Assembly: GCA_012295275.1 (NCBI GenBank)
Contig: CM022679.1
Span: 18,724,001 to 18,788,000, forward strand
Origin: Chrysomallon squamiferum
Taxonomy: Eukaryota; Animalia; Mollusca
DNA length: 64,000 bases
Direction of reading: 5' to 3'
The position numbers were made by a program, and so were the translations under genes. Each line of letters starts with the position of its first letter. The stretch's first letter is position 1. Positions 9,587-22,800 of this stretch are shown here, piece by piece. The notes beneath the pieces were generated by a model that was not told the origin of the DNA, did not search any database, and saw only the letters and a list, made by a program, of their open reading frames with translations.

Positions 9587-12500
9587 ATGCCACTTGTTGT
9601 TGACAGAAAGATAGTGGAAGATATTCCATCTACTACTGTCGACTTTTTAAAGACATACCCTAATTTTAAGGTTAGGTTTTGCACTTTTAACAATAATAAA
9701 GAAATAACTGAAGAGTTAAAACAAAACTATTAATTGTATTATTATTATTTATTAAATTAATTAATTAATTTATTATTAATTTTTTGGTGTATATAAATTA
9801 TGATGTACAATAATTTATAATTAGAGGTAAGATCCTTTTTATCATTTGTGTTATTAGAATTCATGAATTTGTAAACTAAATCATTTGATCAGTTAATAAT
9901 TCAAAAAACATAAATATCTAAGAAATGCAAAATATATTTTATTACCTCCGAAAAATAAATGAAAAAAAGTAATAATAATAATTGTTTATACATTGTTTGT
10001 TTCAGCATTCCTGTGAACACTTGTGTGACCAGAGAGTCTGTGAAGTGGGTCCTAAAGGTCTTCTCTATGTTGGTCAGAGAGAAATAGGTGCAACAATTTC
10101 TGATGATGGTTGGTTTTTCTTGAGATATAACTGCTGATATCACTTATATATTTCTTAAGTGTTTTTACTCTCTTCAGTTTGCTTATAATATATACAGAAT
10201 ATACATATACATCAGGGATGGAGTAATAATGTTACCAATGTAATCATTTGCTGTAGAATTACGTTGAAAAAGTAAACCAATGATAATAACTACAAAAATG
10301 GTTGCTTAGTAAAATATACGTAATAATGATACACATTTAATATATAACTAAGATTACATCCACAATTACCTTAAAGGATGAATACAAATTACGTAACAGA
10401 AAACAGATATAACTTCAGTTTGCATTTTTTTTCTGTATAAATGACAAATGTAACAATTTGAAGACAACTAGATATGTGCATAATGAAAGAGTATGCAATT
10501 TCAAATGAAATAGAAATGGAAGAGTATTGTGTTCATAACATGAAACCCCATTTACAGGTACTACAAAGAACTGCTAAAACCCACCTAAGTCATACTGATG
10601 CAGCATTCTTATTTCCAGCACACTATCTACCATCATAAGAATACTTTATAGCTTTTAAAATATATGTATTTTTTAAATGTTGCTTGTGAAACTGTAATTA
10701 TTAAATATATTAATTTAATTTTAAATAATAAACATTGTAATGTCCAAACTCTATTTTTTTGATAATTCCAACAAACAAAAATAATAATATCTGATTTATG
10801 TTAATAATATTTTTCAAATTATTTATGATACAGCATTTTTACCTGTGAATTCATTTGCTGTAATAACAATCTGGTGTTTAGTAAAATAACTTAAAAATGT
10901 GATCATGAAAAGTAATCAGGGCATATATAATACTTTTGGCTGTACAGTTAATCCAAAAATCTCAAATGATCTAATACTATGTTATTTTGTTTTATGATTT
11001 TTTTCTTTTCAGATCTCTTGCTTTCACTTTTCATTTGCAGTAATGTTTTCATTTTCGTTTTAAATGCATATTAGGAAATGTTGAATTAAAATATTTATTT
11101 ATTATTATTTTATTTTGCTATTTCATTTGATTGTTGTTGTTGTTTTAAATTAATTTATGATTTCCTTTCTGTTTTCTATTTTTTTAACTATATTTATTCA
11201 GTATTATTATTTACTGTAACATTTTTATTTATTTTGTAAGATTTTAACTGTGTTCAGGTGATATTTATTGTGATGAATGATAAGGAAGGATCATTTTTAT
11301 TTTGGTTTTTATATTTTCATGTAATTTGTTCTTTAATCAGATGACGTGCAAATTATTGGAAGTGATGATGCCACAACCTGTCACATTGGGGTTCTTATAC
11401 ACACAGGTACATGTTTTCTTCAGAGCCAGACAAAGATCACACATTAATATATACTTCATTCTCCTTAAACCTTACATTTGGAAGTGTTTTCTTTTTTACA
11501 GTCCATATCAGTTTTTTGGTGTGGAACATTTTAACAGTTTATTTTTAAATAACATCATTTAATTTATGTGCACTTTAATTATTGCCATTACATTATTTAG
11601 TAAAAAAACCAAAAACACATTTCTTTTTCTGAAACGTTTATCACATTCTCATGGCTATATAATTCTTGCAGTAGATGTGACTGGTGACAATGTTTGAAGC
11701 AAACAGAATATTATTTATATGTTTATGACTTTTTATATTTTTTCTTTAAAATGCATTACATTTATAATATTCATTTAATACAAACAGTAGTTGACTATGT
11801 TATTTTATTAATTCAGGGTCTGGAGCTGTATGTGTGGGACATTTTGATGGGTGTGGAACAAAGAAAGGATTTCATTCCATGGTAGATCTAGTTATGGAAC
11901 TGTCAAAAGATAAACCTTCTGGAAGGTTATTTTTGCATATTACTTATAAATACTTAATCAGAATTTAAGATTGGAAGCTTTGATAAAACATTTTTTGTAT
12001 CTGCAACGAGATGTTGTTCTTTAATATTATTACTGTTGTTATTGTTGTTGTTGTTGTTTTATTTTTACTTTTATTTTTTTATAGGCTGGAAATGCATCTG
12101 GTAGGAGGATTTAAAGATGAAAACCGGCTTTCTGCACAACTCTCTTTGGAAATTATAAGTCTGTGTGTTGAATATTTATAATACAGAATTTAAATAGTCA
12201 TTCATGTGTGTTTGTGAGGAATAGGGCTATTTTTGTGTTTTATTAGGGACTTGACAAATCTGATGTGATGCAGTAAATTATGTATATCAGAGTTGTATCG
12301 CCCTTTCACCCACATATACACATAAATGATTATTTTTTTCTTGTCTACTGGACATAAAAATCATAGTGTATGTTCAAATAGTCCAATAAGTTACATAAAT
12401 AATATAAATCTCACTATTAATAGTAACAAAGCTCAAAATGATTTATATGTTTAGTTTAAAATAAAAACCACAACCATATCTTATTTAACATTTTATATTT

Positions 12501-15500
12501 TCCTGGTATATGTTATTCAGAGATAAACATTGTAAACGAAAAATGAACAGGCCAATTTCACTTTCCAGTGACAAATATAAATGCAAATTTTTAATGAAAT
12601 AATACTTAAACTTGAAGCAATATGTAATCAGAAGTTCATCCATTAAATTCATATATTAAATTGTTAAAACAGCATTAATAACCATATGTTGACAACATTA
12701 TGTTTTCTTTAAACAATCCTGTACTGACATGTTTTTCCTTACTTGACTTTACGCTGGCTATACAGCAATTTACACACAAGGATGCCTGCAATAATAATAA
12801 AAGTTGCTGAATTTTTATCGTTAAATTAATTTAATAAGTCAACTACTTATTAAATAGAAATGTATATTTAATATTGTTGAATGAGATAAACAGCCATAAT
12901 ATTTGGCATAAGAATATTTATAATTTCTATGTTGAAACCATTTTTAATTATTGATTAACTTAATATATACAAATGGTTTATGGTTGCAGAAGTTTTAATG
13001 GAGCATCCTAAAGAAATATTTTTGGTTACTGCTTGTATTACAGGTAAAAAAAAAAAAAAATTCTTTTGCATCAAAAGAGTATGAAGTTTGCTGATACTTA
13101 CACATAACAGTTACATAAAAAATACTTATAATGCAGGTGTTTAATGACAACACTGTGAAACTGGTGTCTTGTGTTAAGTGTTTTCTGTGTTGATAAGAGT
13201 GTTTTTGTCAGATGTACTCTTGATATAATATTTGGGAAATATTTAATTAATTTTTCTTGGTTGAAAAAATGTTCTGTTATTTTATTTATTTTTAATTATT
13301 ATTTTTTGTTTTTAAGAAAAGCTTAACACTGTCTTAAGATAAACATATAAAATCAACAGAGTATTGTGAGAGAAAGTTTATTATAACTGTGTTTTGTATA
13401 TTACAGACTACAATACAGTTTATAAGGAAGGCATTCCATTTCCCATCATTTATGGCTTGGGTAAGAAAATTATAAATACTATACCATTGAATTTATTACC
13501 TTGATACCAATGTGTGTTAATAATAATAAATAAAAATTCAGAAAGAAATTGAATAAAAAATTTATTAGTAAAACAAAGAAAATTATGAATTAAATGTGTT
13601 TAGCTTAATATTTTAATATTATTTCTATGATAAAATGATGATCTGAGAGGAAATTAGCCAATTTCTTTTTTATTAATTAGCATTTAAAATAGACAGGAAA
13701 GTGGACATCATAAATCAGCTGTAGGCATTCACTAATATAAAGGCCATTCGGCTGCAGGTCTTTGCATTTCACAGTTTCTATGTACATGTTTTTAAAAATG
13801 GAAAAATACCTGGTATTCACTCTTAAAAGTGTTAATTTAATAAAACCTGAAATCGTATCATTTGTATTAAATCTTTTCTGTTGCATATTTTATGGTGTGG
13901 ATGTGTCTATCTGTATATATGTATAATTTGGTCAATTCAGATTAGCCAGTAGTTCAGATTTTGGGACATTTTAGGGTAATAATAACAACCTTAGGGAAAA
14001 ACATTTCATTTCTATTTTTTATTATTAAAAAACTCAAAACGAAACAAATTATTATCTTTTTATATTTTTAACTCATCATTCAGCTGTTGACATAAAACAA
14101 AGGAAGTTATTTAGAGCCACATTTCCTGACAAAGGACCAGATATCCCATTAAGAGGAGCTAGAAATTTTACTGGTGGAAAAGAGGTTTGTGTTTTAAACA
14201 ATGTTATTGAGTTATTATGTGCCAGATAACCCAGTGACTTTATCCTCACAGCCTCAGATTTTGCTGTAACTTTTTATTTTTGTTCAAATATTTTTTGTGC
14301 ATCATTGTATGATTTGTATTTGGATTTTGTGGTTCAAATTTCACAAACAGAAAGGAAATTGACTAAGTATTCTAAATATATCATTTTGTTTTAAGCTGAC
14401 CTGTATTTATGATTAGGACCTGTCTTTAATACAAGGATATATTTAATAAATATTTAAAAATGTTTTTAGTAGGCCGATTTTTTTAATTGCTTTATTTATT
14501 TGGAGATGATTTTTTTACATAATTCAATCCATTTTATTTTTGTTCTATTTATCCTAATACCTTATTTTCTGTGAGCACTGTAATAGAAAATTAATGCACA
14601 AAGCATATGATGCAGATTGATGGGTAAATACACTTTCAAGCATTTATATTTTATGCATTGCAAGTTTTCTATTCATTTTTGCAAGTTCATTGTGCATAAT
14701 GCATTGTGTTCTTACATGCATACATACATGCACTGAAACATAATATTGCATGTCTATAATTACAACAGCTAACAGTACCTGTAATAAGGGCAAATTTGTA
14801 ATCAATAAGCTCTGCAGAAATATAATTTCATAAATTTTATTGTTAATTTATTTTTTATTTCAGATGATCAGTATATATGATGCTGATAACAGAATGATGA
14901 CAATTGGTCCTTTCACTTACAGGAAAATAAGTTATCTTGACATGTGGTTAGAGGCTTCTGATGAATTCATAAGACAGGTACATTATTTTGTGGTACCAAG
15001 ATTGGAAATATTTTCAAGTAATTGAATAATACACAGTGCACAAATACATCAATTTCTTTTTTGTTAACAGTATTATCCACCAGTGCTCATGAGTGTAATT
15101 TTGATACATTGAAAAGGTTTCTTTGGACAGATAGATCTCAATATATTTTAGTTTGCCATCTCAGGAATTACTTGGAACACTATTAATGATGTGGAATTAT
15201 GGATTATCTAAATTCATTAATAATTATTTTCCAATGCTGTCTGAAAAAAATTAAATGCTTAGATAATATTTCTTAAATTGTTTTTCTATGTACAGAAATA
15301 TTCTTTCATAGCTTTGATATTAAATTTATGTCATTTAACATTATATTTTGCAGAATTTATCCACCTCACCTGCACAGGAACCTCCACATTTTGTAGCTAA
15401 TGTGCGACTGTCATTGAAACAGATGTTAGATCATCCAAATCCAATTAAAACAATGTTCACAAATGGAAAACCTAGGTTATACAAGATGCAGTCAAATGGA

Positions 15501-15527
15501 GAGTGGAAAAGAATAGACAAAATATGA
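9587..15527 (+). CDS. NTAN1: Protein N-terminal asparagine amidohydrolase (N-degron pathway)
   Basis: Ten exons: 9587-9670, 10006-10108, 11341-11406, 11817-11925, 12085-12158, 12990-13043, 13407-13460, 14084-14184, 14864-14977, 15354-15527. Total 933 nt, 310 aa. Motifs VGPKGLLYVGQRE, IGSDDATTCH (catalytic Cys), HFDG, LEMHLVGGF, FPIIYG, NLSTSPAQEPPHFV. Confidence 0.97.
13270..13345 (+). repeat. Short interspersed repeat shared with 22825-22885
   Basis: CTGTTATTTTA..TTTTTGTTTTTAAGAAAA(G/A)CTTAACACTGTCTTAA occurs in an NTAN1 intron and in an RRN3 intron, in the same orientation. Confidence 0.6.
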
Positions 15528-16803
15528 AATATTCATTAAACAAAATTATCCCATCCACATATCCTTGTTGTCTTAGAGAAGTGTATAATATATTTTTATC
15601 TGCACTTAAACCAGGTTTTTGTTACTAGTAATTTTTAGGCCAAGGCAACAATATAGAACAAATGTTATCTTTACTCAGAAATAATTTGTGAGATTAATTC
15701 TTCTTTATTTTTTAATGTTTTGTTTTTTTGACTTTACATATACAGGCTAGTCCCTATAAATACCAGATGTTTGCACACCCAGTTCCTTTGATTATTTTTT
15801 ATTTATTTATTTAGTTATGCTTTTGCTTCATTACTTTCTTTCACTGAACAAATGTGAAGATATATATAGACACTGATTGTTTGTCCAGTTCTGAACCAAA
15901 GCTTCTATTCTGTCTGGTACAAAGATAACTAGTATGGAAGAAAAGGTTATGGGTCATTTTAACACTTTTGCCCTAGGCCCCAAGGTATCAGAACAATGAA
16001 CAGTGTGTATCTTTCATGCAGGCAGTCGTACTGGATGTCTAACAAAGATGTGGCTTGTAAAGTTTGGAGTAAGTTGATTCATGCCCGATTCAAGTAGAAG
16101 ACAGTAACACATTGCTTTAAGAAACAGTAGTTTATTGCCTATATAAATCGCCTGAATTGGAATTGAATAAAATGAGAATAATAATAAAACAAGAAGAAAA
16201 AATCAAAGAAATTATCAGTTCTGATAACAAATATCATTTATTGAGATAAACCATCACATCAGATCCATTTCTTTTTCATTTACTTTCTGCACAGAGAGTG
16301 TGATATATATGAGTCACTTGACTAAAGAAAAACGTTTACAGGAATATTATATTGAGTACAATTTCAAAAGTCACCGTTTGAATAAACAGATCAAAATTAA
16401 TATCACTTTTACATTGTAATACTTTAACCTTTTTTGTGTTAAATTATATATAATAAGTAACCCCAAAATGTTTCATTGAAAGTAAATGTATTTGAAAGAA
16501 CACTTCAGTGCCAACTAATTTCTAATTCCATTAGACCGATGTTCCTAATAATATCTTTAAAATTATTTTAAAATATATTTTTTAATTCAATGTTAGTACT
16601 ATACATTAGTAATTATGTAACTTTCATAATGTATTATAAAGTAAATAACCAAGAAACACAAATTACATCAGTTGACATTTAAAGCTGCAATACAGTATAA
16701 ATTCCTACTGATTGTTATTTTGATCCTTTAATTAACTATTTGAAGAATTAAAATATATATATTTTCATTATTTAGTTAAGTCTCATTTTATTTTCTGGTT
16801 CTA

Positions 16804-19800
16804 TCACAAATTTTTGAAACCTGGTGATGCACCATAATGTAGGAAGTCAGTTGAGGATTTTCCACTTGTGAAGTCTGGTACTGATGCAAAATCAGGGGAA
16901 ACAAGTTCTTTTGGAAGAAAATCATCTTCATCCTTAAAACCATGAATATATCAAAAATCCCAGCTTAATATGAAATGACATGTACTAGTTTTTTTAAGAA
17001 ACTGTTTTCTTTTTCTTTTTAAAGATTAAATAAATAAGTGAAAAATATAGTTTAATGTTCTGCATTTAAAGTAACACATTTTGTATGATGATCATGATCA
17101 TGATTCATGATTCAAAATATTTATTCTGGAAAAAATAATGTTTATATTACCATTTAAAATAAATGATTAATAATAATTTAATAAAATTATTTCTTTTTAC
17201 TTAGTAACAGATATTTTGTACTCCAGAATGGATTAAGGAAGTTACCTCTTTATCAACTGCCTCTTCTTCAAGCTGAATAGTGCCACTGTATTCTCGGTAA
17301 AAAGGAGCAATGTAAGATCTTGATCTGAGAAAACAATAAGATACATTAAATGATGTAGGTTTTAAAATAATAAAAAATGAATTTAACTTATACAAATTCC
17401 TGTCTACCTGTTGACACCAGAGAACAATGCATATTGCAAATAACCTGCAGATTCAACAGGAATTGACATCTTAGTCAGTACTTGAACAAATCTGATCATG
17501 TAGACTTGCCAACTACTGGCTGTATGCTTAAAGCTGAACTATATTAGTAAATACTATACTGAATAATATTCTGAACGACTTAATCAGGATTTCCAAGAAT
17601 GGACAAGACATTGCTTTGTTCTGATTTCAGGAAGCCTCTGTAAAATTTAAGAAAAATTAAAGGTGAAAAATTTATAGGCACTGACCAACCAAGTGTTTAT
17701 GTGTTCAAATATCTATGTTGTGTGTTTGAATGAATACTTGGTATTTTCAACAAATCTGGCTTATCACATCATTTCTTCACAAAACCTTTTTTCTGTAATG
17801 TGTCCAGACGGAAATGTCACTTTTCCCTATTTTTTAAATCTAGCTTGAACCCTGATGCTTTTAATTGATAGACAGAGCTTGAATATATAGAGTTCCATCA
17901 GTAAAACTGATTACATAAGAAAAGTCTGCAATGTTGCAAAATTTCCCTTTGTGCTGTCTTAGATGTTTTCAATCATACATTCGTGATAATATTCATCCTT
18001 GAAACAGTCAAGTGATCAATGTGATAGTTACTCCCAACTAACTTAAATGATCTCATGGCAAATTATCTCAATACCAAAATTAACCACAAGACTAGTATTT
18101 GCATAAGTTTCAACATTAAATGTCCAGAGTATCTGGATGTGATAAAAGAGTGTAATCTGCCTAATATGTCTTTGATTTAACATTCTTGACAATAACATAA
18201 CTACTGTCTTTATAACGGTGCACCTTGGACTAAGTAGTAAATCCATATAGCATTAATGCAAGTCCTAACTGTCATACCAATTTTGTGCTTAGACCCTGTC
18301 CACATAATTTATTTAGTCATCAGAGTTTCATCTTACCCTGCATATTAGTCATATAAACATGAAAATCCTCCTTCAGGAGAATGCTTGTATCTTAAATGAA
18401 ACATACTTTATCTTGAGTGTCAAAAGTTTTAGATAAAGGAATTCCTTAATTGCACTGTTTTCATCGTATTTAGTAGGTTGATTTTTCTTAATATTTAAAA
18501 CATTTTATTCTGTTTTTTATTTTATTTTGTTTATTATCTGGAATGTTATTGTTTTTTTCAGACTTACATTGGTTTCCAATCATAAACAACCAAGTTACAG
18601 AAAGCAAGGTATTTCATGGATTCAAACTTAAGTTAATTTCAGTAATTTGATTGAAAAAAACTCACCTAACAAGTAAATAAGGATCAAATGGGAAAAAAAA
18701 GTCAAATGGGTTTGATTCTTCCACTGGACCTGTATTAGTGTTTGAAGGTGAAAACACTGGCAGTATGCAACGTTCATTTTTATCTATAATTGTATCACAA
18801 AATGCTATCTGGTGCATTCTAAAAAAAAGAAAAGAAATGACACATAATGAAAAAGTATAAATTATATTGAACATTACAAGTACATCTCCATTGAGTCTGA
18901 CAGTTATATTAATATTACAGTCTTTATAATGACTGTTCGTGTTAGAGTTCATTGTGAGAAATATGTTTTTAACAAAGAATAAAACAGTAATCCACTAAAT
19001 TTTAAATATAGCTCACCTTGTCAAAGATGCAAATGTTTTAACAACAATAGGGGAACAAACTTTAAGTGGGTTAAGTCGGCTTGTAACAATTCTCTGAAAG
19101 TTTAATGACTGTGCCCACTTGTAACCTGAAATAATAAATAATACATCTTATTATCAAAATAAACATATTAACAGAAACAAAATCATCTGAGAAAAAACAT
19201 ATTTCTCAAAAAGAGGTTGAACTTCCCCTCGGTGAGTTTAGAAAACAAAAAAACATATCAACTGTTCTTCTTTTAAACAAACAAATTAAAAACAAAATGA
19301 TAACCAAATTTAGCACACATATGAAATCTTTGTATGTTTTCAGTTTGTTAATAGTAAGTGTATTATTTAATCAGACAGCTGGTCAGATTTAAAAGGGTAA
19401 CTGACAATTAACAGCTCTTTCGTTTCTCAATACTAACACATTTCAGAGCAGTTCAAGTTTTAACCTGTAGAAATATTGTTAACAAATAAATATTATTTTA
19501 GCTATATTAAAAGACATTTAAAAAATGTAAGCAGCAAATATATTTTTCAATAAAAACTAAAATTTAAGTCTCATTTAAGTATCATTCCCATGTTGTTCAC
19601 TTACCTTTTTTCTTCTCAAAGATTTCTTTCTTCCTGAAGCAGAAGACGTAAAAAACAGCCTGACAGACTGAGTAAAATGGCCTATGACAAGTAATATCAA
19701 CCTGGGTGGTATCAGCACTGACCTGGTCAAGATATCTGTGTATCCAGGTTACCATCAGATTTATCACATCTGTCAGTGTGCTGGAATATATCATAAATGT

Positions 19801-22800
19801 TTTCTTATTAATAATGTAACCTCCACATTGTGAAATAAGAAATAATATTGAATTCAGTGTACTATTTTACTTTGATTTAAATCATTAATGGAACTGTTCA
19901 GATTCCATCAAAATGTAATTTTAGATATTTCTAAGGCAATCATTTTATAGGTTTCAAATAAATATATATGGGATAGAATTACAGCAGTACTGTAAATAGT
20001 ACTTTGATGAGAAAAAATATTCTAAATACCTTTAATATAATGTCTTTGGATAAAATCTTGCAAAAATAGATAATTTGTGTAGGTAAAAAAAAAAACAATT
20101 CTCTCCAGAAGGTCCATTTAACTGTGGTTTTATAACTGTTGCACAAAAGAACAGATTTTGCTGGAAAAGACAACTCAGTAGTTTTGATTTCATACAAGTG
20201 TTTATAAATAAAATGTAACTGTTACCTGACTGATACATAGGTAGCTCTGGACAGAAGACTTCCAATGTAGCCAACTGCATTCTGGCGGAAAACAGATTGT
20301 GTATTTGGATCTTGGAATTTCTTCCACAAATAATCTATAAAACCATCACATATTGGCTGAAACAGTAAAAGACTTCAAGCATAAATATGTTTAAATGTTA
20401 CAAAACTAAGTTTAAACAAGTGTAGACCACACATCATTGGTTTCTTGTTTTTCATGCCAGATTGATTCAGTTTTTTCATCCAAAATGTTCCAAAAGAAGT
20501 ATTAGGTCATCATCCATTTTAATGTTTTTCTTTTTGCCAGAGAATACTTAATTTGAATAAGGCTATTTTTATATTATTAAACTAATCAATAAAACCAGAA
20601 AGTAACTCTGAAATTTGAATCTAATGTTTTTTCAACATTTCTGACTGACACTCTGAGACTGGTCTTCTGAGGACTTATCCATGTTTTTAGAAGATGTTTA
20701 TATACAAATATATAAACGTAACACAGATTTAAATTTTTTTTTTATTTTTACTCACCATTTTGAAGCTACACAGATAAAACATGATAAACTGTACATGGTT
20801 CAAAGCACTTGGAAGTATAGTCCGATCAAATACATACAAAAATTCTTTGTAAAGTTTTTTAGTTGTTTCCCAGTCTAACTCACCTAAAAATGTCAAATTT
20901 TAAAAAGAAAAGAGAAATTTTATTAATTATGAACACGTATATTAAGTGAAAGAAATAATGTAATAAAACATTAACTTTTTAATAAAAATTGAACATGGAA
21001 AACAAAACATATAAAATTGCAACTGAATATATATGTTTATTTATTTTCTATAATGAAAATTGGTTTCAGCATTAGTAACAAAATGTGCATTAAAAAAAAA
21101 AAAAAAAGGGGTAAAAAAAGGTAAATAAGCTTGTTACAAATTTAATACATCATAAAATTAAACATACCTAAAGGCCAACATAAAGAATGTATGTAACCAA
21201 GAACAATCTTCATCATCACATCAAGTTTGTCTGCCATTTCATGTGACATTTTTGCTGAAATCTCATCAGAATACATTTCATCCTATATTAAATATAATGA
21301 TACAATTTCTATCATTTAACACTGATCAAAATATAATAACTTATATTACTTGGATTCCATTGAAGCAAAAAAATAAAAATATATATAAAAATAAAAATAA
21401 ACAATAAAAATGATAATAAAAATAAAAATAAATGAAAGGTGTTAAAAAGGATCAATGAAACTAAACAGAATATACTTGATAAAAAAAAAACAATTTTGAA
21501 AGATTAATAATGTACTGTCTGAGAAAGATATTTAAAATTATCAAGGAATGGTAAAGGTGGGAGTATATTTGTAAAGCAAAGACAATGCTCGTTAAAGCAG
21601 TTTAAAAAAAATGAAGACAATTGAACACTTTTAATCATCAGTCAAAATGGAGTATTTTTCTGATTAGCCTAATCAGAAAGGAGACATCATTTATTGAGAC
21701 ATCATTATCTGCCTGATAATCTAACAGTCATAATTATTTGATAAAGTTTTGTTAGCAAATTAGTAAGAAAACATGTATACAAACTTTTGTATGGCAAGTT
21801 TCACCTTTAGACTATTTGAATTTTGAAAGCATCAGAATAAAAACACACAAACTAAAAGTATCCATATTAACAGTTTTAAATTATGAATTACCTTCATTGA
21901 CTTCTGTATCAATAATGCTTGCCTTTGTTTCTACTATCATAGTTCTAATTTTTGTCATTAGATGGTATTCTCACCTTGTCAGATACTAAAACTCACCATA
22001 TCCAAAAGAGTAGATTCTCCTTCCATGTGTTCATTGTCGTCTTCTGCTACAGTGATATCATCTCTCGATGCACGCACCTGTTATTAATCATGCACAAAAA
22101 TACACATTTCAACAACAGAAAAAAAAATAGCAAAGTTTTTAAACATTTTTATATTACTTTTTCATAATTTTCAAAAGCTGTGTTAGGTATTTCCAAGTTT
22201 TGGGTTCTGCTTTTCTCTATGAAATGATTTTAATATTACTGTCACTATTCTCATAAACCTTCAGTTCTCCTAATACCTACTTTCTTATTTTCTTTAATTA
22301 TTAGATATTCAAAATTCAACAGAAATGAGAAAACTCACATCAATGCTTATCATTCTGTTTACAATAATATCTAGTATTGATTTTCTCTCCTGTGGTATGT
22401 ATTTGGTAACCTCCAGTAGATTTCTGATGTAGCATTCAAGGCAGTAGCTGTCCCGCATGATGAAAGGGAAATTTTGTAGCAGTAGTGGAATTAACAGTGT
22501 AGGAGTCCTGAAAAACATTGTTATAGATGAAAGTAATTTTTTTAAACCTTTCTTTCCAGACAATAATTTTTGTGATACTAGTCTGCAATTATTAAATCTG
22601 TAAAAATGAATAAAATATATAAATAAATAAATTAATTAAAATCAATTGTATACACTATATGGTACCTAAATTAACATTATCCAAAATACTACCTCATATG
22701 AAGAAAAATCACCCATAAAAGTCAGCACAGACTGATCTGAGCAGAACCCACTGCCACCCTTAAATCATTTTGTTGTATCAAAATATTTTCTGATTTTGTT

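Noticed and set aside
22718-22772. snoRNA-like segment in an RRN3 intron
   Set aside because: Degenerate C box, too short, and looks like a repeat fragment.
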